Position numbers and translations under genes: made by a program
Shown here: positions 54,223 through 64,000 of the stretch, piece after piece
How positions within the stretch are numbered: position 1 is the first letter of the stretch
How the letters are laid out: every line of letters begins with the position of its first letter
The notes under the pieces: generated by a model
Databases searched by the model: none
Told to the model about the DNA's origin: nothing
Seen by the model: only the letters and a program-made list of their open reading frames with translations
Assembly (NCBI RefSeq): GCF_006345805.1
Contig: NC_042999.1
Location: forward strand, 47,740,001-47,804,000
Length of the DNA: 64,000 nt
Source of the DNA: Octopus sinensis
Lineage: Eukaryota
Direction: 5' to 3'

Positions 54223-55003
54223 CTACCCGATCTCATTGTCAGTGTGTTAGCGTAATTAGTTATAGTACTACAGGCAGTTAATATAATGACAATCTCAAGT
54301 CTAGATAAATCAGATTTGTATTTGACGAATGTAGGTGCTTATTGGCTTGATAGTTGAATAGTAATTAAAGATATCTAGTTGTACAAACTTACTACATTTT
54401 TTCCAGGCTGTTGAACCAACTAATAACATCTAGTGTATCCAACCATAGCGTAATTTAATTAAAGATCTTAGAGTAGGTAAAGTTCTATCTATAATTATCT
54501 GATCGATTCGACCAACGATAGATATAGATGGCCATATCAGTCTAGTCGTTGGATCACTGTGCGACTTAATTTTATGGTACTTAAGATAAATTGTAGGTTT
54601 TCTAAGTGTATATGGTTTGATCTTTCCCCTATACATAATTCCGTAACTATTTCATGTACCCTTCTATCTATGTTAGCTTGTGTTTCCCGTGTAGTATGTT
54701 TGTATACACTATTTCTGCCATAGAAAGCTTTTTATATATTTAATGTTAACATCATGTAGATTTCCAATTTTCTTCACACACACATACACGCATACTTACA
54801 CACACACACACACACACAGAGACACACATATATGTAACCATATCTTATCATATATCATATCAAGCAGCAGGGGTTATATAATCAGCTTCAATACCTTACA
54901 GTTGTTTCTGCTTCAAAATGCAGTGCACTCAGAGATGAGAGATTGTGTAACATCCTATAACTTTCTTAGAATTATTAAATTGATGTGTGTGTGTTTTTGT
55001 GAG

Positions 55004-55093
<90 letters not shown>

Positions 55094-55378
55094 AGAGAGA
55101 GAAAGTGAGACAGACAAATAGATGTATTATATATACGTTAATGTGTTTGTGTGTACATGTATAAATATTATATATAATTGTTTTTAAAATTTATATTCCA
55201 TTTAATTAAAAAAATAAAACAGTCACAAAAGGGTCTTAGACTTAGTACCGAGGCTCCATCCAGCTCAAGAAGAAATGGAAAAATGTTTACATGAAACAGA
55301 AAAATTTGCTGAAGCAATGCGTTGGAAATATAATAGACACGTACGTCAATCAACCAATCATCAATAGATCATCCAATC

Positions 55379-55463
<85 letters not shown>

Positions 55464-55906
55464 CGTATGTCACTAAGGAAATCACTAATAGTAGTGAAAG
55501 CATTGATTTATTTTTACTTCGTCGTTTTGGGTGTACCTCTGAGTTTTACAAATCAGCAATCATTTCGAATACGCGACTGATATAATAAGCAATAGATTTA
55601 CATCGTTTTTCAAAAATTTATGGAGTTACCAATTTTGGCTTTGTTGTTAGTGAAAAACTGATTTTGCACGTCATAACTGTAACAAATCTAGAATGATTGA
55701 TGTTTTTTTACAAAAAAAACAATGCTTTCAATTTGTCTTCATGAAATAATAGATAAACTTTGGATATAATTTTGGTTGTTATGTTTAGAAAAAAATCTTT
55801 TCAAAATTCAGACAGGACTAAAACAGTCGGTTTGTGAAGTGCGATCAGAAATAGAGTTTGATGTTTAATATATTATGAAGGTGAAACTTATATTAGGCAT
55901 CGCATT

Positions 55907-56105
55907 TAAGGCGACGAGCTGGCAGAATGGTTAGCGACCTTTCGTCTTACTTTAAGTTTTGAGTTCAAATTCCGCCGAGGACGACTTGGCTTTCATGCTT
56001 TAGTGGTCGATAAAATAAGTACTAGTTGAGCACCGGGGTCGATGTAATGGACTAGCCTCTCTCCCAAAGTTGCTGGCTTCGCGTTAAAGTTTGAAGCCAA
56101 TATCA
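55907..56105 (+). mobile_element. SINE family 3
   Basis: AAGGCGACGAGCTGGCAGAATGGTTAG..GAGTTCAAATTCCGCCGAGG..GTCGATAAAATAAGTAC. Confidence 0.8.
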
Positions 56106-57126
56106 AACATTGTTAAAGTGTCGATATAATAAAATAGTTAGTAGGCTGGGCAGATTGCTTATTGGAATTTCATCTGGATTTACGTTCGACTACGTGTTCT
56201 ATGTCTCGGGATCAATTAAATAAGCACCAGTTGAGCACTGGAGTCAATGAAATCAATTAGACCTCATTCTACCAAATTGAAACATCTTATGCCTATAGGA
56301 GAAATAAATATTAGCCGCTGTTGCAGATGGAAAACAGTTCAAAAATTAACAAGGTTGAAATAATTTTGCAATGATGTATTAGGATGGATTCTTTAACTAT
56401 GTGGTATGTTTAATAGACTTCAGTTACATACTAGTAATTGTTTTACCATTTCTCCAAATATGAAATCGATTTCGGAACTGTGATTGGCAAATCACATAAA
56501 CAATAGATTAATTTCGTTACAGACTCTTCTATCTTCACCTAATCTATATACAGCGATAGCAGAGAAGCACAAATATAACTGGGCGTTTTATATTCTTTTC
56601 TGTTTGTTTCAAGTAACTCCTCCATTTTCTAATTCTAACTACCATAGGTTTTGCGACAATGGATAGCATTCATATATTCAAAGGATCATTACGAACAAAT
56701 TACGAAACTAAAATTTGCTAAAATGTGAAATGATAATCGCCAAAGCAGCAAAAAAAAACAACAACTTCAGACTACTTTAGCATCCTTTGCACGTAATAAT
56801 TTCCTTTTAAATCAGTGGGTGGTATCTTGACCTTTGATTGAATGCTCGATCGTGTTTACCTCGTTCGTGTTAACATAACAGCAGTTTATCACTTAGCTGA
56901 TAAACTCTGACAGATTTATATCGGTTACAGCTGACCGGACATATAAGAAAGCAGCAGGACTTCTAAGACGGTATTTGAAGTACTGGCAGTAACAAATGAC
57001 TCAAACCACACACACACCCAATTGCACAACCCAGACCCAGAATGCACATTCCGCATATGCATGTAAGTATGTGCGTAAGTATGCATGTATCTATCAATTT
57101 ATGTATATATATGTATGTATATATGT

Positions 57127-57175
<49 letters not shown>

Positions 57176-57202
57176 AGAAAGAAGCAACAAGAATGGATAG
57201 GT

Positions 57203-57293
57203 TTTTAGTACAATCGTTTCATACAAGGACAGGCTTTATTAAAAGTTGTAAAAATTACAGCATATAAACGTGTCCCGTACTCATCAGCTAAAA
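57203..57293 (-). ncRNA. Type I hammerhead ribozyme (mirror copy)
   Basis: Exact reverse complement of 57790-57880. Confidence 0.8.
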
Positions 57294-57789
57294 TACATGT
57301 GAGTTATCTAGACATCCTAGTGGTTGAGGCTATACTCATGAAGTAATGTAGATAATTAAGTAACATAAACAGATTTCCAAAGTTCATTAAAGTTCTTTAA
57401 AGATGATGTACAGTCTTATCACAGAATTTTAAAAAGGTTCTAATAGCATCACAGAGAAGGTGACCTAATCCATAGAGCACATATGAATTTCCAGAGATAT
57501 GATGAGGGATTACATACTCACAGAAGTATGTTGTGATTAACAATGGATAAATTTGTCTTCTGTGAGTATGTAATCCCTCATCATATCTCTGGAAATTCAT
57601 ATGTGCTCTATGGATTAGGTCACCTTCTCTGTGATGCTATTAGAACCTTTTTAAAATTCTGTGATAAGACTGTACATCATCTTTAAAGAACTTTAATGAA
57701 CTTTGGAAATCTGTTTATGTTACTTAATTATCTACATTACTTCATGAGTATAGCCTCAACCACTAGGATGTCTAGATAACTCACATGTA

Positions 57790-57880
57790 TTTTAGCTGAT
57801 GAGTACGGGACACGTTTATATGCTGTAATTTTTACAACTTTTAATAAAGCCTGTCCTTGTATGAAACGATTGTACTAAAA
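57790..57880 (+). ncRNA. Type I hammerhead ribozyme with long stem II
   Basis: TTTTAG-CTGATGA-GTACGGGACA..TGTCCTTGTAT-GAAA-CGATTG-TA|CTAAAA. 6-bp stem I, ~10-bp stem II, near-palindromic stem III. Predicted cleavage after A57874. Confidence 0.82.
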
Positions 57881-58048
57881 ACCTATCCATTCTTGTTGCT
57901 TCTTTCTCGCTTATAATCACCCCACATTACTGTATTGTTAAAACAGTATAGTTTGTTTTTGGTGCATCTAAGTTAGGTACCATATTCAAGTAAATTCATT
58001 TAAATTAACTTGAATCTTTATTGCTTTTTGTATATATATATATGTATA

Positions 58049-58340
58049 TCAGCGTGACCACCGTGACGACCAGGCTATCAGATGTTGCTACACATCGCTG
58101 GTCACAATGCGCTTCGCATTGTTTTAGCCTTCAAACGACACCACCCCGCTGGCTAAGCGAGCAGGCCAACAAAGGTGTGAGAGAAAGTTGTAGCGAAAGA
58201 GTACAGCAGTGATCGCCACCACCCCTGCCAGAGCCTCGTGGAGCTTTAGGTGTTTTCGCTCAATAAACACTCACAACGCACGGTCTGGGAATCGAAACCA
58301 CGAATCCGCTGCCCTAACCACTGGGCCATTGCGCCTCCAC
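58049..58340 (-). mobile_element. SINE family 2 (tail B)
   Basis: Matches 17251-17556. Confidence 0.88.
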
Positions 58341-58351
58341 GTATATGTATA

Positions 58352-58389
<38 letters not shown>

Positions 58390-58390
58390 C

Positions 58391-59000
58391 AATTGGTATA
58401 TATAAATATTTAATCTTCGGATTTTTTTTAATATGTTAGACCACTGGTTTTAATTGATAAATATTGATTTCTACCCTTAATTAATTTTATAAAAAAATAA
58501 ATATGTTTCTCTAACCGATAAATTGACTGCTGCTAATTATTAGCTGCAGGACATTTTCTTCGGGTCTCAACGCGCCAAGGGGAAAGGTATTTTAAATACA
58601 CATTCGGATGTAATCGGTTGAACTCTACGCACATGATGATACTCCGGTATCGTTTCTGCATCTAGTTCAGCAGATTTCATTCATATCGGCCATGCTGACG
58701 AAGACTACGGGTATCCTTACGGATAATAATAGTCGAAACTGTTTCAGTACATGGATGAGTATTATTTTACGTATATTTTCACTTGTTTATTGCTTGGGTT
58801 GGTGTTGAGTTTGATCTGAGAACATAATCTTTTGTGGAGAATGGCAATTTGACGTCTATAACTAGCATGTTGACTGTCCACTTTTTCGTGTTCAGTCTTT
58901 AATTGGTATATATAAATATTTAATCTTCGGATTTTTTTAATATGTTAGACCACTGGTTTTAATTTATAAATATTGATTTCTACCCTTAATAAATTTTATA
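58391..59000 (+). mobile_element. Retrozyme-like element: 510-bp unit with ~100-bp terminal direct repeat
   Basis: 58391-58491 matches 58901-59000; patches homologous to the 25.6-26.8 kb monomer; hammerhead inside. Confidence 0.75.
58690..58754 (+). ncRNA. Type I hammerhead ribozyme
   Basis: CCATG-CTGACGA-A-GACTA..(TATCC-TTAC-GGATA)..TAGTC-GAAA-CTG-TTT-CAG-TA|CATGG. All three stems pair. Predicted cleavage after A58749. Confidence 0.88.
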
Positions 59001-59454
59001 TATATATATATATATTGAAGTTTTGCATTCGGTAAAATTTTGTTTATTTTTAGTAGTTTTGACCGCATTGGTCCCTCTTAGCGTGTTGGTATCTACGAAT
59101 ATTAATACCCTCAATATAATATAAATGAATATTTTCAAAGAGGAAGAAATTACGGATTTTTTCTCTTACGAGGTTTTTCACGCTGACTACTGATAATTTC
59201 TTTTAAAGATTTTATCCTCAATTGTTAATTTATATTTTTCACCGGAATAGTTCAATACTGAATTTTTATTCCGACTAGGCAATTTGTTACCGAAATGCAT
59301 TGCGAAAAAGCCCGCCATTTTCATAGACATGTAAGGATAAACATTCGTACAAGCTACGACGAATTCTACGGAGTTACTTTTCATCTGCGTTCTGAGGAAT
59401 TAGCTGCCTTTATTTGAGAGAGTTCGTATTTTTGCTTATTGTTGTTTGTGTTGA

Positions 59455-60999
59455 TTGTTATTGAACAGTGCCCGTTGTATAACGGTAATTTTCGCCCTAC
59501 GGGGCAGAAAATTCTGTATTGTTATTACCTGTATTGTTATTACCTTCGAGGTAATTTTTGAAATGGATTTCGACTTGACGTCGAAGGATGATTTTCCCGT
59601 GATGGGAATAAGTGAAACAAAGGAAACAGAAGTACCTAAACAGTCTTTTTCGGCCGCGGTGGGCGGTGCCATGATGGACGTGGAGTTCAAGATCGAACAA
59701 CTGTTCGAATTCAGGAACCTGGTAAAGGTGGAAGGAGGCGAAATCAGGCTTGTACCGCCGCAGGCAAAGGTACAAGAAATAAAAGAGAAAACAGTCATAT
59801 ATAAAGTATACAGCTATAAAGACAAGAAAATCATGGACGTAAGAAATGAAATGGTTGAAAAGTGCCTGTCCCCGGTGTGGGACAAAATTCGTCATGTCGT
59901 CCGAGGTGCGCGTAGTGCTACTGTTGAGGTGCATTTTGACTCAGCTGAGGTAGTTAGAGAGGTATCATCGTTGACACTGAAAAACGATGACATCATGCTG
60001 CTACCCTCGTACATGGGAAAACGAACAGCGAAACTGCTGGTAGAGGACATACCCAGAGGGTACGATATTATGTGGGTAGCAGCGGCGGTCCTGCACAATG
60101 TTGAGCGGGAGATCTCGATTCTGCAGATGAGAAAGAAAGAGGTGGTACGATGGAAGGGACAGACCCTGGAACTCCTCGTGCAGGCGGAAAACAAAATTTT
60201 AGAAAACCTGCCCGATAGGATATTCAATGAAGACGGAACATCAATGAGAGTATCAGTAGAGGGACGTAGACCCAGATGTTTTAAGTGTGGAGAGAAGGGT
60301 CACGTCCGCTCGAACTGCATAAAAAAGAAGAAAACAGATGAAGCGCCTCCTCAGAGTGTTCCCAACACTGAGGGGGAGAAGACAGAGAAGGATAGTAACA
60401 AGACGAAGACAAGTATTGAAACAAAAACGGATTGCACCGAACAAATGGACTACACTCAAGTCACACATAAAAGAAAAAAAGACAACACCCCGGACTCCCC
60501 TCCCCAAACAAAGAAAAAAACAGCAAGCACAGCAGACACACACACCAAGCAAATCCCCCAGCCCTACCCCCATGGCACTGTTTTCATTGGGAAACAGTTT
60601 GCCAAGCCCCTCCCCATAAAACAAGACGTGAAAAAGTCGTTAAAAAAAAATGAGAAGATCATTGCTTTCGATGAGAAAAACGAAAGAGTTTATAAATATT
60701 ATAAATTTTCAAAATTTAAGTTATATAGTAAGGCTACAGATATAAAAGCAACCACTCGCTTCGCGAAAATAAAGGAAGACGAGTGGAAGGAAGAAGTTCT
60801 TCAAGAGCATCTAAAGAACCGATTGATCAGAGACGTGACTAAAGAAGTAATGGAGGGCAAACTTGTGATAACCCCGGCAACCACACCCACCCAGAGCCCG
60901 GTGGCAACGCCGGTCAAGAGCCCTGCAGCAGCGACTACAAGGGAGGAAGAAGGGGAAGCAGGCAGATTTAAACTGTCATGCTCCCTTTCCCAACCGTGA
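59455..60999 (+). CDS. LINE ORF1 (gag-like nucleic-acid-binding protein)
   Basis: 514-aa open frame with CFKCGEKGHVRSNC zinc knuckle; true start may be the ATG near 59562 (MDFDLTS). Confidence 0.85.
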   Translation: MLLNSARCITVIFALRGRKFCIVITCIVITFEVIFEMDFDLTSKDDFPVMGISETKETEVPKQSFSAAVGGAMMDVEFKIEQLFEFRNLVKVEGGEIRLVPPQAKVQEIKEKTVIYKVYSYKDKKIMDVRNEMVEKCLSPVWDKIRHVVRGARSATVEVHFDSAEVVREVSSLTLKNDDIMLLPSYMGKRTAKLLVEDIPRGYDIMWVAAAVLHNVEREISILQMRKKEVVRWKGQTLELLVQAENKILENLPDRIFNEDGTSMRVSVEGRRPRCFKCGEKGHVRSNCIKKKKTDEAPPQSVPNTEGEKTEKDSNKTKTSIETKTDCTEQMDYTQVTHKRKKDNTPDSPPQTKKKTASTADTHTKQIPQPYPHGTVFIGKQFAKPLPIKQDVKKSLKKNEKIIAFDEKNERVYKYYKFSKFKLYSKATDIKATTRFAKIKEDEWKEEVLQEHLKNRLIRDVTKEVMEGKLVITPATTPTQSPVATPVKSPAAATTREEEGEAGRFKLSCSLSQP

Positions 61000-61027
61000 G
61001 TACATTTATTTTTCTCTCTCACCTACA

Positions 61028-64000
61028 ATGGCTAAGTTGGGTTGTATAAATGTACGTGGAATGGGGTCGAAATGGAAGCAAATTTGCTTCCTGCACGACC
61101 TCACGACACATGGTGTAGACATAGCTATTGCAACCGAGTCCAAGATGAACGGGGCCCAAGCGTTCTCGCCTCTTCTAAATGGCTTCGAGAAATTTATTTC
61201 TCCTAGCCGAGGGAGAGGCAGAGGCGTGGCAGTCCTTATCAGGAAGAGCTTGGACTTGCAGGTAAGTACTGTCTTTCTGGACCCAGAAGGCAGGCTGGTT
61301 GTTCTGGATGTGACACACGTAAGTAAACAGTCCTTCAGGTTGGTAGCTATCTACGCTCCGAACGAGAGTAGACAGGCGGGTTTTTTCGGAACCTGGAGCC
61401 CTTTTTAGCGACGTCGAAAACGGTAATCCTAGTAGGGGACTTTAACACTGTCCTTGAAGCGCGGGTCGACAGTGTTGGCTCAACCAATAGGAAGGGGAAC
61501 CCTAGCCTCAAGGGTCTACTAGAGAGCTTTGATCTAGTAGACCGTTACCGACTGGATGAGCCGAGCGTTCCACAGTGGACGTGGAGTAACAGCGACGGCT
61601 CACGCAGATCGTATTTAGATAGGATATTTATTAAGAAAAGAGATAAGGACACGTTTAGTTGTCCACAGTTCCACATTGTGCCTTACACGGATCACAAATT
61701 TGTGACGTGTGGGATGCAGTTGGACAAGTGTCATAGACAGGGACCCGGGTACTGGAAGCTGAACAAGGCTATTTTGAATTGTGAAGACTTCCGTACCCGG
61801 ATTAAGGTATTAGTACAGAGGGCATTGTGTGGCACCATCATTAACAATAGATGGTGACACTCCCTCAAAAGAGCCATTCGTTCAGAGTCTGTTAGATTTA
61901 GCAATCAGCTAAGGATAGATAGGGCTAGTCTAGAGGGCGATTTAGTTAAGAATCTAGACGAGGCAATGGAAGCTGGCTCTGCATCTGGAGTGTTGGCGGC
62001 AAGGACGGTATTGTACCGTCACCTTAACTTCAAACACGAAGGTTGCAGAGTCAGAGCTAAGCTACGCGCTGGGAAACGAGAAGGTATTAACGTGGCCGGA
62101 TGGGCCCGTCGTGTGGAGAGTCAGAGAGGCAACAAAGCCTCAATCAAATCTTTAACTGATGAACAGGGACAAAAGATCTATGGACAGGAGGAGATGCAAA
62201 AGTTTCTTCACCAGCATTTCGCCCGCGTGTTCGGGGGTGGTGTGGCGCCGGAGCGGGGAAGGACCTTAAAGGACTTCCTGGCCGGCGGGCCGCGGCTCTC
62301 GGGGCGTGAGGCGGAGTGCTGTGAAGGAGCGATCACTCCCGCGGAGATAGAGGGGATACTGGCCGGATGCGCCGGGGAGAAGTCGCCGGGGTTGGATGGT
62401 CTGCCCTACGAGTTTTACCAAAGTATGCCGGACTTGTTCGGGGGAATATTGGCAGGCGTCTACACGAACTGGCAGCAGAATGGGAGAATTCCCAGCTCTG
62501 TAAGCCGGGGAGTGGTGACGCTAATCCAGAAAGACCCGAGCAAGGGGGATAACATTAGTAACTACAGGCCCATAACTCTACTTAATGTAGAGTTAAAGAT
62601 TTTGGCCAAGGTGTTGGCAAAAAGGTTGACGGTTGTCGTGGAGAAACTTGTAGGGAGAGCACAGACATGTGCAATTCCAGGCAGGTCGATCCAGGACAAT
62701 CTTCACCTTATACGCTACACCTTAGACAGGGTGGGTAAATTAACCGGCAAGGGAGGGGTAATGGTCCATTTAGACCAAAGTAAAGCGTTCGATAGGGTAG
62801 ACCATGAGAACCTGGCGACGGTCCTCGAAGCGGCTGGACTGGGCCCTGAATTTCGCGGGTGGATCTCCGCTATGTATAGCGGCATCAAGTCCACCGTCCA
62901 GATAAACGGTTACCTAACGGAACCGTTTTCGATTGAATGTTCAGTTCGTCAAGGGTGCCCCTTGTCACCACTTTTGTACGTGTTGGCTCTTGAGCCTTTG
63001 CTGCGAAAGTTGGAGAGGCTGGGAAGCAACTCGGATGAGATCGGAGGTGGGAGGTCGGTTACTGCTTACGCGGATGACGTCACCCTCATCGTGTCCAATG
63101 AGGCCCAGCTACCTTGTGTGGAAGAGGCTATCAGAGGATACGAGGCGGTGGCAGGAGCAAAGGTTAACAAGGACAAGTCGGTTGGCTTGCGCCTCGGCAC
63201 CTGGAGGAGCAAGTCGATATCGTCCAGCGTCGTGGGACACTGGACGGATGGCCCTGTTAAGTTGCTAGGAGTCTGGTTTGGGCCAGACTCCCAAACGGAG
63301 AGGAACTGGAGTGAGGTGGCGAGCAAGGTGGAGGCCATAGTACGGACCTGGTCCGGAAGGTTTCTGTCCTTGAAAGGAAGGGCGGAGGTGGTACAGATGT
63401 TCATTGCATCTGTAATCACTTACCGCCTGACCGTTGTCCCTTGCCCCGATTCATGGCTTAGCAAGTTGGAGCGAATCCTTTTCCGCTTTTTGTGGAAGGG
63501 AGGAAAGCCACTTGTGAGGCGCTCCGTTTGCTGCCAGGAACCGTTAAAGGGTGGGTTAGGAATGCCTTGGCTGATGATGCGCAGACATGCGTTGAGGCTG
63601 AAGCATCTCTGGCACCACCTGGAGGGTGATAAGGTGTGGAGTCCGCTGGCAGGGAAATTTTTCCCGAGACTGGCCTCCTTAACGGATTTTAAACCCGGTC
63701 GCATCAAAAGATGGAAACTGACTTTGTGGCAAAGGGAGTGCCGACAGGCACTCACGCTGATCCACAAGGCGGGCAAGGCCGGCTGCGGAAATACCACCTC
63801 GGTATTTTATAGAAGGCTGGTAGAGGCAAAAAACGACGACGTCCTAGGAGGGGCTCTGGGGTTTGACGAAGACCAGCTTACCAACCTGTTTAAAAAGACT
63901 TTCAGGACGGGGTACTTGGATAATTTCCAAAGATCCCTGGCCTGGCAGTGTTATAGGAACGCTCTACCTGTTCGCGAGAAGTTATCGCGGCACGGAATTC
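61028..64000 (+). pseudogene. LINE ORF2 (APE endonuclease + reverse transcriptase), 2 lesions seen
   Basis: INVRG, YAPN, GDFN, LDR, TDH (APE); KSPGLDG, YRPITLL, LDQSKAFDRVDH, RQGCPLSP, YADD at 63067 (RT). 1-bp frameshift near 61388 and TGA at 61855-61857; open from 61858 to the window end. Confidence 0.9.

Larger units (their letters stand above)
57173..57910. repeat. 354-bp perfect inverted repeat with 30-bp spacer
   Basis: 57173-57526 is the reverse complement of 57557-57910; no mismatch seen by eye. Confidence 0.92.
59410..64000 (+). mobile_element. Tx1/L1-clade LINE, runs off the window end
   Basis: ORF1 with CCHC knuckle followed by ORF2 with APE and RT; 5' boundary approximate. Confidence 0.92.

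Noticed and set aside
60996-61036. Mini-intron (GTGAGT..pyrimidine tract..AG) fusing Tx1 ORF1 and ORF2
   Set aside because: Splicing to the first AG gives an out-of-frame junction with an immediate stop.

Overview
AT-rich, microsatellite-dense metazoan DNA. It is probably a cephalopod (Octopus-like); this is inferred from recalled SINE families and (TA)n/(AAT)n/(CA)n density and is not verified. No host protein-coding gene, tRNA gene or CRISPR array could be supported, and most listed ORFs are translated microsatellites. The window is a transposon patchwork. It holds a near-complete Tx1/L1-clade LINE running off the right edge (59.4-64 kb), a full-length but mutated R4/Dong-like RLE retrotransposon (46.6-50.6 kb) with two further 3' fragments next to (TAA)n tracts, and a 5'-truncated CR1/L2-type LINE (17.7-20.5 kb). 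It also holds an internally deleted mariner, Tc1/maT remnants and three tRNA-derived SINE families. The most striking signal is a set of type I hammerhead ribozymes found by eye: 5 intact or near-intact and at least 6 decayed. They lie in non-coding ~510-550-bp tandem or partially tandem units (2.5-3.1, 25.6-26.8 and 58.4-59.0 kb) and in inverted repeats, including a perfect-looking 354-bp palindrome (57173-57910). This points to a retrozyme-like / Penelope-associated non-autonomous retroelement family that could yield ~0.55-kb self-cleaved, possibly circular RNAs. All alignments and folds were done by eye.
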